The notes: a model not told the origin generated them from the sequence alone. A stretch of 53,931 nt of DNA from an uncultured Ruminococcus sp. (GCA_902801715.1 CADCJK010000001.1:1-53931), one strand, 5' to 3'; shown: positions 18,884 to 28,678, numbered from the stretch's first letter. Program-made: numbers and translations.

Positions 18884-19624
18884 ATGGAAGTCATTTCTGA
18901 AAGAAAAGAAAAAATCATATACCGTGACGGTGAAAACGCTGTCAAACTGTTTTCAAAGAAGTTCCCCAAATCCGATATACTCAATGAAGCACTCAATCAG
19001 TCAAGAGTCGAAGAAACAGGCTTGCCTATCCCTGCACTCAAATCCGTTTCCGTCATCAACGGACAGTGGGCCATCACGATGGAATACGTCGAGGGAAAGA
19101 CACTTGCCGAAATCATGCAGGAAGATCCCGATAACATTGAAAAATACATGGACGAATTCGTAGACCTCCAGCTGCTCGTTCACAGCAAAAAAGCTCCGCT
19201 TCTCAATAAGCTCAAGGACAAGATGAACAGAAAAATTTCAAGTCTTACTACTGTTGACGCAACAACAAGATATGAACTGCATACACGCCTTGAAAGTATG
19301 CCGAAACATGATAAAGTTTGTCACGGTGACTTCAACCCCAGTAATATCATCATTGACAGTCAGGGCAATCCGCATATCATCGACTGGTCACACGCTACTC
19401 AGGGAAATGCCGCTGCCGATGCCGCAAGAACTTATCTGATATTCGCCTTGAGATACAAAGACCTTGCCGATATGTACCTGAATACGTTCTGTAAAAAGAC
19501 CGATACCGCCAAACAATATGTACAGCAGTGGCTGCCGATTGTTGCCGCCTCTCAGCTCGTCAAGAGAGTCGAGGGGGAAGAGGAATTTCTCAGAAGCTGG
19601 ATAGATGTCGTTGACTACTCATAA
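18884..19624 (+). CDS. Aminoglycoside-phosphotransferase-fold kinase (APH/CotS-like)
   Basis: Catalytic loop CHGDFNPSNIIID followed by IDWSHA. Start at ATG 18884 after RBS AAAGGAG. Confidence 0.7.
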   Translation: MEVISERKEKIIYRDGENAVKLFSKKFPKSDILNEALNQSRVEETGLPIPALKSVSVINGQWAITMEYVEGKTLAEIMQEDPDNIEKYMDEFVDLQLLVHSKKAPLLNKLKDKMNRKISSLTTVDATTRYELHTRLESMPKHDKVCHGDFNPSNIIIDSQGNPHIIDWSHATQGNAAADAARTYLIFALRYKDLADMYLNTFCKKTDTAKQYVQQWLPIVAASQLVKRVEGEEEFLRSWIDVVDYS

Positions 19625-19632
19625 AAAAATTC

Positions 19633-19666
19633 CGCTTGCAGTCCGATGGGCTGTAAGCGTTTTTTA
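19633..19666 (+). terminator. Rho-independent terminator of the kinase gene
   Basis: Stem CGCTTGCAG / CTGTAAGCG (one G-U pair) followed by TTTTTT. Confidence 0.65.
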
Positions 19667-19742
19667 TTTTCCGAAAATCCTGTAACACTTTTTCTCCGTT
19701 GGAGTATTATGTAGTATAATCAATCAAAGGAGGAAATCAATT

Positions 19743-19898
19743 ATGTGTAACAACGGATTTTTTGGCGGAAACGGCGGCTGCGGCTGGATCATTTTCCTGA
19801 TTATCATCCTTTGCTGCTGCGGCGGCTGCGGTAATGGCGGCAATAACGGCTGTGGCTGCGGCTGCGGTGACAATAACGGCTGCGGCTGCGGCTGCTGA
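19743..19898 (+). CDS. 51-aa Cys/Gly-rich single-TM microprotein, possibly a YjcZ-family (TIGR01732-like) sporulation protein
   Basis: Not in the ORF track. AAGGAGG (19727..19733) lies 9 nt before the ATG. Sequence MCNNGFFGGNGGCGWIIFLIIILCCCGGCGNGGNNGCGCGCGDNNGCGCGC, TGA at 19896, terminator immediately after. Confidence 0.65.
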   Translation: MCNNGFFGGNGGCGWIIFLIIILCCCGGCGNGGNNGCGCGCGDNNGCGCGC

Positions 19899-19919
19899 TC
19901 GTATATCAACAAACAAAAA

Positions 19920-19953
19920 ACAGGGCAGATTTCTCTGTCCTGTTTTCTTTTTT
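19920..19953. terminator. Bidirectional terminator shared by the microprotein gene and lexA
   Basis: Stem ACAGGGCAGA / TCTGTCCTGT with a 4-nt loop. T-run downstream and A-run upstream. Confidence 0.7.
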
Positions 19954-19954
19954 G

Positions 19955-20554
19955 TCAGAATTCTCTGTAGAGTGAAATCACCTTTCCGAGAATTTCAATT
20001 TCATCGGCTATAATCGGCTCAAAATCGGGATTCTGCGGCTGCAGACGGAAATGACCGTTTTCCTTGTCTTTATAGAAAGTTTTCACAGTCGCTTCTTCTC
20101 CGATCAGGGCAACCACGATATCACCGTTTCTGGCAGAGTTTTTCTTCTCGCATACCACGACATCACCGTCAAGGATACCTATATCTTTCATGCTTTCCCC
20201 CGACACTCTCAGTGCAAACAGCTCTTTATCAGCCGTTTCAGATGCCAGAACAGGTGCATATCCCAATATATCTTCAAACGCATAGACAGGAAGTCCTGCC
20301 GTCACCCTGCCGAGTATCGGCACAGCCGTTGTCGGCTCTGCACCGACTATTTTCAATGAACGGTGCTTCTTGTCACGGGAAATATATCCCTTTCGTTCAA
20401 GGGTTCTCAAATGGGAATGTACCGTTGACGTTGACGACAAGCCCGTATCATCGCAAATTTCACGAACTGTCGGAACCGTACCATTGGAGATGAATTTCTT
20501 TACACTTTCATAAACTACCTTTTGTTTCTTTGACATTGCCTTATAATCTTTCAT
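19955..20554 (-). CDS. lexA: LexA repressor
   Basis: N-terminal winged HTH (TVREICDDTGLSSTSTVHSHLRTLERKGYI), Ala-Gly cleavage site (VTAGLP), and S24 Ser/Lys dyad (SGESM ... VKTF). Confidence 0.9.
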   Translation of the reverse strand: MKDYKAMSKKQKVVYESVKKFISNGTVPTVREICDDTGLSSTSTVHSHLRTLERKGYISRDKKHRSLKIVGAEPTTAVPILGRVTAGLPVYAFEDILGYAPVLASETADKELFALRVSGESMKDIGILDGDVVVCEKKNSARNGDIVVALIGEEATVKTFYKDKENGHFRLQPQNPDFEPIIADEIEILGKVISLYREF

Positions 20555-20640
20555 AATACATCACCGCTTTTTTTCATTATACCACGGCATAGCGAATTTT
20601 TAATTCTTTTGAAGAAATATCGGTCACAAAACGATAATTT

Positions 20641-21123
20641 TTAAGCATTTCTCCAAAACATCTGCAAATATTGAGAATCTTCTGCAAGTTCTTCATAACT
20701 GTCCCTATATGACGCAAATAAACCGCTTTTTTCTTTCTGAAACAGTCCATCGTCCTCTATCTCAACGGCATAGCTTACATGGTCTTTTATTTTTGATGTT
20801 GCTTCAAGCAAGCCTGCCGCACTTGTTTTTACGTGACCGTCATCTTTGCCGAATTTTTCGGACGGCATCAGCGAAAGCAGCTTTTTGCATATCCTTTCCA
20901 CTTCTTCGAGAGCACCGATATATTCCCCTGAAGATTCCCTGTCCAGACAGTTGAAGTCTTCATCTTTTTCATTCCATATTCTTGTATATTTAACAATCTC
21001 ATCGGTAAGCTGTCTGACCTCTGCGGCATAGCTGTCATCTTCACTGTACTGAGAAAATCTGCTGCAGCCGCAAACGCTCATAGACATTAATATACAAAGC
21101 AATCCTGTCAAAAACTTTTTCAT
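20641..21123 (-). CDS. Hypothetical lipoprotein
   Basis: MKKFLTGLLCILMSMSVCGCS is a signal peptide with a lipobox. Start at ATG 21123 after RBS GGGGGAA. I recognise no family. Confidence 0.55.
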   Translation of the reverse strand: MKKFLTGLLCILMSMSVCGCSRFSQYSEDDSYAAEVRQLTDEIVKYTRIWNEKDEDFNCLDRESSGEYIGALEEVERICKKLLSLMPSEKFGKDDGHVKTSAAGLLEATSKIKDHVSYAVEIEDDGLFQKEKSGLFASYRDSYEELAEDSQYLQMFWRNA

Positions 21124-21180
21124 ATCTATTCCCCCCGAAACTATCTTACCATATATTTCACTTTTCCGCAACATCAAAAT

Positions 21181-22818
21181 TCATTCCCGTGTTTTTTCCG
21201 CTGCCGAAAAATCCGCTTCTGCACCATAAGGGTGAAATATAATATTTTTAACGTTTGAGATATAATATCTGTCCTCTGTATACAGCGGATAAAATATGCC
21301 GTTTTCATGGAGATATTTTTCAGCCTGTATCATCTTGTCCACAGCTGTGCTGTCGGGCTTTGCCAATATATCCGAAATCAGTTTATCATAGGTTTCGTCA
21401 TAAAAACGGGAAACATTATATTGACTTGAACTCGAAAACAATTTCAGCGTATCGACAGGACTTGCACCATCAGGCTTCAAGGGGACTATCGCTATGTCAT
21501 ATTCACCCGATAACACTTTTTTCTCCAGTTCCTCTCTGGAAACAGGCGTTTTATTCGCATAATCGCCTGTCAGTCTGTTCCATGCCCTGATGACGCCGTT
21601 TACGATACCCTGCATTTCCGTTTCGTCCGTGCAGAGTATATTCAGAACGGGAAATTCAATTTCTTCATAGTCATACCAGTAATAATAGTCTTCATGTTCA
21701 TTCAGCTTTTCAAGAGCTTTTTGAAATTCACTCCCCGCATCTGCCGAAAATTTCAGTCCCATTCCCCTGCCGACAAATTCACGGTATGTCACAGTACCTG
21801 CCTTTGCCGTTTCGGGAACGATATCTTCCGTAAGTCTGCACCCTTCAGGCAATTTGGAAAGTATCTCTTTTCTGTTGAGTGCTTTTAACATAGATACCCT
21901 GATATCTTTATTTTTAAAAACTTCACTTTGCGTATTGAAAGCGATTCCCCATACCGTATCGCTGAAAGAAGTCACATTTAGTTTATTTTTCTTCGCCTGT
22001 TCATATTCTGACATATCCGTCTGATAGCAGTCTATCTCTCCATTGAGAATGGCACGGCTCACATTTTCGGGACTTTCCGATATCTCTATGCTGACACCCT
22101 TGGGAACAGGCTTATTTTTCCCCGAATAGTTTATATTTCTCACAAGATTGATATACTTTTCATGTTTCCAGCCGTTATCACCTACACGGAAACAACCGTT
22201 GGAAAGTATCTTGTCATATTCCAAGCCATACTGTCCGCCTGTGCTTTCAAAGAAATCCTTTTTGCAGGGCATGGCACAAGGTTCGGCAAGAAGTGCCGTA
22301 AACTGCGGATCGAGATATTCCAGCTTTATTTTCAGGGTATTTTCATTTTCTGCATATACGCCAAGTTCCGATATATCCAATTCATTATTTCTGACTTTTT
22401 CGGAATTCTTTATGCAGAAAAGTTCTTTTGCGGTGGCAGAACCTGTTTTTGCAGAAAACAGCCTTTGAAATCCATATACAAAATCCTGTGCTGTGAGCGG
22501 TGAACCGTCACTCCACTTTGCATTTTCACGGATATGAAAAGTATATTCCATTTTAGAAATATCAGCTTTCCAGCTGTCAGCCACTCCCTGAACGGCATTG
22601 TCATTTTCATCAAGCCTTGTCAAGCCCTCGAATATATTCATAATGACAAGCCTTGACGGATTATCATCTGCAATCTGCGGATCAAGCGTCACAGGCTCGT
22701 CCGTCACCCTGTAATAAATAGTCTGTTCAGACGGAGATATATTTTTTCTTTGGCATGACGAAAAAACCGCTGTTGAAACACATAAAACAATCACTGTGAA
22801 TATTTTCAAATATCCCAT
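21181..22818 (-). CDS. ABC transporter substrate-binding lipoprotein, family 5 (OppA/DppA-like), orphan
   Basis: Lipobox VFSSC and an SBP_bac_5-like N-terminal region (IFEGLTRLDENDNAVQGVADSW). RBS AGGAGG. No permease or ATPase genes are adjacent. Confidence 0.75.
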   Translation of the reverse strand: MGYLKIFTVIVLCVSTAVFSSCQRKNISPSEQTIYYRVTDEPVTLDPQIADDNPSRLVIMNIFEGLTRLDENDNAVQGVADSWKADISKMEYTFHIRENAKWSDGSPLTAQDFVYGFQRLFSAKTGSATAKELFCIKNSEKVRNNELDISELGVYAENENTLKIKLEYLDPQFTALLAEPCAMPCKKDFFESTGGQYGLEYDKILSNGCFRVGDNGWKHEKYINLVRNINYSGKNKPVPKGVSIEISESPENVSRAILNGEIDCYQTDMSEYEQAKKNKLNVTSFSDTVWGIAFNTQSEVFKNKDIRVSMLKALNRKEILSKLPEGCRLTEDIVPETAKAGTVTYREFVGRGMGLKFSADAGSEFQKALEKLNEHEDYYYWYDYEEIEFPVLNILCTDETEMQGIVNGVIRAWNRLTGDYANKTPVSREELEKKVLSGEYDIAIVPLKPDGASPVDTLKLFSSSSQYNVSRFYDETYDKLISDILAKPDSTAVDKMIQAEKYLHENGIFYPLYTEDRYYISNVKNIIFHPYGAEADFSAAEKTRE

Positions 22819-22890
22819 GCACAAAAAACCTCCTCTAAAAAATATAATTCCCCCCGCTTGCATATAAACGGGGGGAACATTTTTGTAAAA

Positions 22891-25038
22891 TCAGTCAGAA
22901 TTTGCCGATTCCTCGGAAATCTGTTTTGATGATTCGCCGGAGGATTCCTCCTGTGAGGACGCTGTTTCAGATGATTCCTGCACAGACGATTCTGCCGATG
23001 ACTGTACGGAAGATTCTGCCACCGATTGTACCGACGACTGTACAGACGATTCCACAACCGGTTGTACCGATGATTGTACTGACGGCTGCTGTACGGATGA
23101 CTGTACCGACGATTGTACGGAAGGCTGCTGTACCGATGACTGTACCGGCTGCAGAGAAGATTGTGTCACTGACTGCTGCACGGAAGATTGTGCAGATGAC
23201 TGCTGCACGGAAGATTCCTGTTTCTTTTCCGTCTTGGTATTTTTAGCCTTTTCAAGATATTCAGCTGCTTTTCCGTATGCAACGGGGGCATTACTGCCGC
23301 AGCCGTTCGGTGAGAATACAGCAGGCGGTTTCATGGTCGGTTTAACGTCTGTCGGTCCGAAATCCGGATTTGCCGGAATTCTCGCCAATGCCGAACTGTA
23401 AGTATCATATTTATAGTCATAGGAACCGCCCGGAGTATATTCTCTTTTAATCTCCTTGCCGTTCTTGAAGTAAACTTTTGCACCCTTGCCGTAATATCCG
23501 TCATAGCCTGCCCAGCTGATCCAGCCTACCGGCACGATTTCATCATATTCCGTGGAAAGCGGTCCGTACATTTCAACCAAAAGCTCGTCCAGTCCGTCAT
23601 AATCGTAATCATATACATAAGTAGCTATATATATCGGATAGTCCTTGGTATTCTTGAATTTCATGTCAAGATTGCCATAGTCAACAGTGGCATCCAGTCC
23701 CCTGTCGGCATACACTGACGGATAAGCATGAGCCCATCTTTCCACAGGTTCCATATCTGCCCTCAATGCACACAGATATAAAGTCGTTGAAGCCTGACAG
23801 ATTCCGCCGCCGTATGACTGTACATATTCACCTTTTACGATTGCCGTTGAAGGTATATATCCCAATGCACCATTTGTGGTATCGCCTGTCATTTTATTGA
23901 AAGAGAATGTTTCACCGGGATTAACAATCGTGCCGCTTGCACTCTTGATGGCAAGTTCCATGTTATAGTTAGATGCCCATACATTCGCCGCTGTGGTATA
24001 AGTGGAAGCGATCAGCTTTGTATTTGCCTTGAGTATCGGCAAGGTTATTTCAAAAGGCGTTTCTTTTTTAACAATACTGAGAGTGCCTTCTTTATTTGTC
24101 TGACTGATGATATTCATTACCTTTTCGGAAAGCTCTTTCTGGTCTATCATAAAACCATTTTTACCGTCCTTGTAGGTGAATTTTTCAACTTTGGAAGGCT
24201 CGAATTTTTCAACGCTTGCATTCACGGGCAATATATCAAATTCATCTGCCGCTTTCTTGACAGCCGTACTTACCGAACGCTTGTTCAATGAAGATGTGAT
24301 TGTAAAATTCGTTATGTCATTGTTCATAACGGTTTTGACACTCGGCTGAGAAAGCTCTCCACGGCTGAAATGATAAGCCTGTATCAGTACATTGGCAATA
24401 TCCGTGTCATAATCAAAATCATCCTGTGTGAGAGTAATGCTTTTGCCCTCGCAGTCCACTCTGATATTTACCCTTTCACGCAGGGCTTTTACCGTATCCT
24501 GCAGGGCTTCATGAGCCTGTGTAAGCGTCTTTCCCTTGAGGGAAACGCCCTCTACTGTCACATTGTCACCGAATACGATACTTGATGTATCTATCTGACT
24601 GATTTCAATAGGCTGTTCGGTCATGACAGGCAGGTCTTTCTTGGGTTCTGCCTCTGATGAAGTATAGACCGACTGCACACTGTCATCTTCTGCGGATACA
24701 TCAGCGGAAATGCTCACACTGCTGTTATTGCTGCTGTCATTGTTCACCGGTACGGCATTATTGGAATTTGACATCAATATCACTGCTGCCGATATGCCTA
24801 TACAGACAACTGCCGCTGCCGTTACGACAGGTATCACGGGAAATTTGCTTTTATGTTCACCGTTTTCCACGGGCTTTCTGGACGGTGTATCCACCGGTGC
24901 AAATACAACGGTATCTTTTTCTTCATCAGCCTTTGCAAAAACAGGTTCTTCTGCCTGTGCATCTGTTTTTTCCTCTGCTTTTGTTTCAGCAGGTTCTTCT
25001 GTCACGGTTTCAGCAATTTTTTCTTTTTCCTCTGCCAT
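22891..25038 (-). CDS. VanW-domain membrane-anchored protein with a Ser/Gln/Val-rich tail
   Basis: Acidic N-terminus, one TM helix, and a VanW core (GGGICQASTTLYLCALRADMEPVERWAH). The C-terminal 108 aa is low complexity. Confidence 0.75.
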   Translation of the reverse strand: MAEEKEKIAETVTEEPAETKAEEKTDAQAEEPVFAKADEEKDTVVFAPVDTPSRKPVENGEHKSKFPVIPVVTAAAVVCIGISAAVILMSNSNNAVPVNNDSSNNSSVSISADVSAEDDSVQSVYTSSEAEPKKDLPVMTEQPIEISQIDTSSIVFGDNVTVEGVSLKGKTLTQAHEALQDTVKALRERVNIRVDCEGKSITLTQDDFDYDTDIANVLIQAYHFSRGELSQPSVKTVMNNDITNFTITSSLNKRSVSTAVKKAADEFDILPVNASVEKFEPSKVEKFTYKDGKNGFMIDQKELSEKVMNIISQTNKEGTLSIVKKETPFEITLPILKANTKLIASTYTTAANVWASNYNMELAIKSASGTIVNPGETFSFNKMTGDTTNGALGYIPSTAIVKGEYVQSYGGGICQASTTLYLCALRADMEPVERWAHAYPSVYADRGLDATVDYGNLDMKFKNTKDYPIYIATYVYDYDYDGLDELLVEMYGPLSTEYDEIVPVGWISWAGYDGYYGKGAKVYFKNGKEIKREYTPGGSYDYKYDTYSSALARIPANPDFGPTDVKPTMKPPAVFSPNGCGSNAPVAYGKAAEYLEKAKNTKTEKKQESSVQQSSAQSSVQQSVTQSSLQPVQSSVQQPSVQSSVQSSVQQPSVQSSVQPVVESSVQSSVQSVAESSVQSSAESSVQESSETASSQEESSGESSKQISEESANSD
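22894..23217 (-). repeat. Low-complexity coding repeat (SSVQ-type, degenerate 12-nt period)
   Basis: Encodes ESSVQQSSAQSSVQQSVTQSSLQPVQSSVQQPSVQSSVQSSVQQPSVQSSVQPVVESSVQSSVQS... Confidence 0.8.
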
Positions 25039-25187
25039 TTATAAAACCTCCGTTTCGGTCAGCCAAAAAAATTCCTTTGTCCTCTGTACAATCATACACC
25101 ATAACATACCCAAAAGTAAAGCATACTTTATATAAAAAATCTTCCAAAGATAAATTGGTCTTTCAAAATATTTTTGGATAATCTTTT

Positions 25188-26522
25188 TCAGCCATCGGCT
25201 TTCTTTACAACAAGTATTTTTGATATTCTCCTGTTCTCGACTTCAAGAACGGTAAATTTTGTATCGCCTATCTCTATCGAGGGATGTTCACTGTTTTTGG
25301 GAATATAGCCAAGCCTGTCAAGCATGACTCCGGCAATGGTATCATCTTCCTCATCTTCAAAATTGATTCCTGTCAATTCGCCTATCTCATCAAGAGATGT
25401 CGCACCGTCCACTTTAAAGCTGTTTTCGGCAAGTTTCTTGATATCTTCTTCTTCATTGTCATACTCATCCTGAATGTTTCCGAGAATAGACTCAATCAAA
25501 TCCTCCATCGTAACAATGCCGCCCGTCCCCCCGAACTCATCGACAACTACTGCGATTTGAGTTTTATGTTTCGTCATATACTCGAACATCTCACTGCATC
25601 TCTTTGATTCCGGCACAAATACCGCTTTTCTGATAATATCTTTGCCTATCGTTTCGGACGGTGTATTTGTGCTGACAAATTTCAGCAGGTCTTTTACATA
25701 TATAATTCCTGTAATATTATCAATATCCTCATGGTAGACCGGTATGCGTGAACAGCCGCTTTTAATGGCAATTTTGGTAACTTCCCTTATTTTGGCATTG
25801 TCCTCTACTGCCACGATATCTTTTCTGTGTGTCATGATTTCCCCGACAGTCGTGTCGTCAAAGTCAAACACATTTTCTATCATGCTTTTGGTATTTTCCT
25901 CTATACTGCCGTTTTCCTCTCCCTCGTCCACCATCATGAGAATTTTTTCTTCCGTCTTGCTTTTGGAATCCGCTGACGAACCCCTACCGAAAATTTTTGC
26001 AATACCGCCGGATATTCCCGAACAAACCAATGCAAGCGGTGTCATTACAGCGGATATCGCCGTGAAAAAACCGGAATATTTGGCAAGGATATTTTCAGGT
26101 TCAAAAAATGCCAGTCTTTCGGGCAAAAATCTTCCGAATACTGCCGTTATCAGAAACACAAGCAAACCTGTCACTGTCCATGCAAGGACATTTCCCAAAA
26201 CATTGCCTGTTTCCGAAAACAATCCTTTCACAAAAGGAATATATCCCACGCATGAAAATATCATGACTATCCCGAAATTCAGCAAAAATCCCGTTTGTGC
26301 GGAATTTTGGTATTTCTCTGCATTATCCTGAATCTTTTCGGCTTTGGCACGTTTCTTTTCATCTTCTTCACTGGTATGTTTCAAGTCCCCCGCATATCTT
26401 ACGGAATACTCCAGAAGTGAACAGAAAAAACACATGACCAATCCGAAAAGCACTGTCAGACTGACTGTAAGAATTCCCCCCGATGAACAGAAAAATTTAA
26501 AACTGTCGGCATCTGCTGACAT
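25188..26522 (-). CDS. CNNM/CorC-HlyC family transporter (DUF21 + CBS pair + CorC_HlyC)
   Basis: 444 aa. N-terminal TM domain, CBS pair (VGEIMTHRKDIVAV ...) and C-terminal transporter-associated domain. Confidence 0.8.
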   Translation of the reverse strand: MSADADSFKFFCSSGGILTVSLTVLFGLVMCFFCSLLEYSVRYAGDLKHTSEEDEKKRAKAEKIQDNAEKYQNSAQTGFLLNFGIVMIFSCVGYIPFVKGLFSETGNVLGNVLAWTVTGLLVFLITAVFGRFLPERLAFFEPENILAKYSGFFTAISAVMTPLALVCSGISGGIAKIFGRGSSADSKSKTEEKILMMVDEGEENGSIEENTKSMIENVFDFDDTTVGEIMTHRKDIVAVEDNAKIREVTKIAIKSGCSRIPVYHEDIDNITGIIYVKDLLKFVSTNTPSETIGKDIIRKAVFVPESKRCSEMFEYMTKHKTQIAVVVDEFGGTGGIVTMEDLIESILGNIQDEYDNEEEDIKKLAENSFKVDGATSLDEIGELTGINFEDEEDDTIAGVMLDRLGYIPKNSEHPSIEIGDTKFTVLEVENRRISKILVVKKADG

Positions 26523-26620
26523 TAAAAAACACGTCTCCTTTTTTCATTCAAGTTACAAGATACATAATAAAAGAATTTTTTGTTTATGTCAACAGTTTTT
26601 TTATAGAATTTTCGTGCTGA

Positions 26621-27802
26621 TTACACAAAAACTTTGTGATATTTTCTGTCTTTGTGCTTTACGGATAAATTTTCTTCATAAGTTGGATGCATATAGACAC
26701 TCTGCACAAGTCCTGCTCCCATATATAAGCACATGACGGATGAACCGCCCGAACTCAAAAACGGCAAAGTGATTCCTACCACAGGCAATATTCCCAATAC
26801 CATGCCTAAATTTATGAGTATCTGTACACCTGTCAGGGCAAAGAATCCGATACAGATATTTTTTCCCAGTGCATTTCCCGAACGTGCGGAATTTTTCAGC
26901 AGTCTGAAAAGCATCCATGCAAACAGTGTCAATATGACTGTACAGCCTATGAAACCCAGTTCTTCCCCTGCCACTGTGAAGATAAAGTCATTTTCCTGAT
27001 ACGGCACAATATCCCTTGCCACTCTCGGACCGTTGAAAAGTCCCTTTCCGAAGAGTCCCCCCGATGCAATAGAAACTTTTCCCTGATACTGCTGCCAGCC
27101 GTATGTTCTGAACATGGTTTCATCACTGCTGAATAAGGCTGTCAAACGGTTTTTCTGTTCCGTGTTCATGATAGTCGTCCACATCAAAGGCACTGCACCC
27201 GCTGCCGCTATACACGCCAATATAAAATATCTTATCTGTACGCCTGCCGCAAAGGTCATGACAAGAAACATGAGTGCAAATACCAGTGCAGCCCCGTCAT
27301 CTCCCTGAAAGTGTATCAGCACCACAGGTATGGCACCGTGAAGCAAAAGCGTCAGCACCCCCAAAAAACTATGCAGGCGATTTTTTTCCGCAAGATATGC
27401 CAGATGTTTTGAAAACGTCACGATAAAGCATATTTTCACAAACTCCGACGGCTGAAACGTCATGCCGAAAGGAAGTCTTATCCAGCCCGTGTCATCTGTG
27501 CCGTTTATTCTGATACCTATGAAAAATACCGATACCATGAGAAGAATTCCCGCTCCGCCTATGATATACCAGAATTTTCCTATTTGATTGTAATCGATAA
27601 CGGATATCCCTATGGCACATATCACTCCCACGCTTACGGCAATGACCTGTGTTTTCAGGAAGTCCACGCTGTCAAGCCTTTGCTGACTTGCTATCAGCAT
27701 ACAGCCGATCAAGGATATCGCCAATATCAGAAGCCAGAATAATTTATCCGTCTTTCTGAAATATTCCCCTATGGGTTCCAATATATTTTCCCTCATTCCC
27801 AT
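26621..27802 (-). CDS. SEDS-family peptidoglycan polymerase (FtsW/RodA/SpoVE)
   Basis: Polytopic protein with typical SEDS motifs (RLPFGMTFQPSEFVK, GITLPFLSSGGSS). An alternative start is ATG 27796. Confidence 0.85.
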   Translation of the reverse strand: MGMRENILEPIGEYFRKTDKLFWLLILAISLIGCMLIASQQRLDSVDFLKTQVIAVSVGVICAIGISVIDYNQIGKFWYIIGGAGILLMVSVFFIGIRINGTDDTGWIRLPFGMTFQPSEFVKICFIVTFSKHLAYLAEKNRLHSFLGVLTLLLHGAIPVVLIHFQGDDGAALVFALMFLVMTFAAGVQIRYFILACIAAAGAVPLMWTTIMNTEQKNRLTALFSSDETMFRTYGWQQYQGKVSIASGGLFGKGLFNGPRVARDIVPYQENDFIFTVAGEELGFIGCTVILTLFAWMLFRLLKNSARSGNALGKNICIGFFALTGVQILINLGMVLGILPVVGITLPFLSSGGSSVMCLYMGAGLVQSVYMHPTYEENLSVKHKDRKYHKVFV

Positions 27803-27927
27803 TTCCTTTCACCATTTGATACTGCCGATTATACAATGTTTTTCGGCACAATTCAATAGAAATAAGGAATGATAAATATTCCACATTCCTCATTTTATAA
27901 TATTTCCGTTTATACACATAAAAATTC

Positions 27928-27956
27928 TTGATTTCTTTATCAAAATAGGGTAATAT
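27928..27956 (+). promoter_or_regulatory. Candidate promoter (TTGATT-17-TAATAT)
   Basis: TTGATT at 27928..27933, 17-nt spacer, TAATAT at 27951..27956, upstream of the PRTase-like gene. Confidence 0.45.
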
Positions 27957-27997
27957 ATTTATGTCCGGTCAAAAAATTTTTTTTCGAGGTGAATTTT

Positions 27998-28633
27998 ATG
28001 GCAAAAGAATTTAAAATAAGAACCAAAAATCCAAATCTTTTCCTGCGTGTACAGAAAGGGCATTTCGCCACCATGCACAGTCACACCAACTATTTTATCG
28101 ACGTGACGACTCAGAAAACAAGACTTTCCGAAGCAAAGGCTCTTGCACAGGATCTTGTAAGCAATTATCAGACCAATACCATTATAGACACGATTCTCTG
28201 CATAGACGGCATGGAAGTTGTCGGAACGTGCATTGCAAACGAACTTACAAAAGACTACTATATCAATATGAATGCACATCAGACAATCTATATCATATCC
28301 CCTGAATTCATCACGGGCGGTCAGCTCATGTTCCGTGACAATCTCGTTCCCATGATACAGGGCAAGCACGTTTTAATCGTTGCCGCCTCTGTCACAACGG
28401 GTAAAAGTGCCTTAGCCGCAATCGATGCCGTCAATTACTACGGCGGAAAAGTTGTCGGTGTATCGGCTATCTTTGCCACTGTTGATGAATGTGACGGACA
28501 CCCCGTAAATTCCGTATTCGATCCCAATGACCTTGGCGACTATGACAGCTATAAACCCAATCGCTGCCCGCTGTGTGCCAACAATGAAAAACTTGAAGCC
28601 ATTGTCAACAGTTTCGGATTTTCCTCTCTCTGA
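27998..28633 (+). CDS. Phosphoribosyltransferase-fold protein (orotate PRTase-like)
   Basis: PRPP-binding loop HVLIVAASVTTGKSA and a C-terminal CPLC. ATG 27998 follows RBS GAGGTG. Confidence 0.6.
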   Translation: MAKEFKIRTKNPNLFLRVQKGHFATMHSHTNYFIDVTTQKTRLSEAKALAQDLVSNYQTNTIIDTILCIDGMEVVGTCIANELTKDYYINMNAHQTIYIISPEFITGGQLMFRDNLVPMIQGKHVLIVAASVTTGKSALAAIDAVNYYGGKVVGVSAIFATVDECDGHPVNSVFDPNDLGDYDSYKPNRCPLCANNEKLEAIVNSFGFSSL

Positions 28634-28639
28634 ACATAA

Positions 28640-28678
28640 AACAGGACAGAATGAAAAATTCTGTCCTGTTATTTTTTT
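28640..28678. terminator. Bidirectional terminator (13-bp stem)
   Basis: AACAGGACAGAAT / ATTCTGTCCTGTT with a 5-nt loop, followed by a T7 run. Confidence 0.8.

Noticed and set aside
19724-19912. A 62-aa Pro/Gln-rich ORF on the minus strand (QPQPQPLL...).
   Set aside because: It is the reverse-complement shadow of GGC/TGC codon repeats. The plus strand has a strong RBS, an ATG and a terminator for the Cys/Gly microprotein, while the minus ORF has none and would run into the upstream kinase terminator.
20555-20640. An SOS box (GAAC-N4-GTTC type) upstream of lexA.
   Set aside because: No GAAC...GTTC palindrome or obvious inverted repeat is present in the 86-nt upstream region. I cannot support an operator call from the sequence.
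22894-23230. Short-period repeats that at first glance resemble a repeat array or CRISPR.
   Set aside because: The repeats are degenerate 12-nt coding repeats (SSVQ) inside an open reading frame. There are no spacers of constant length and no cas genes.
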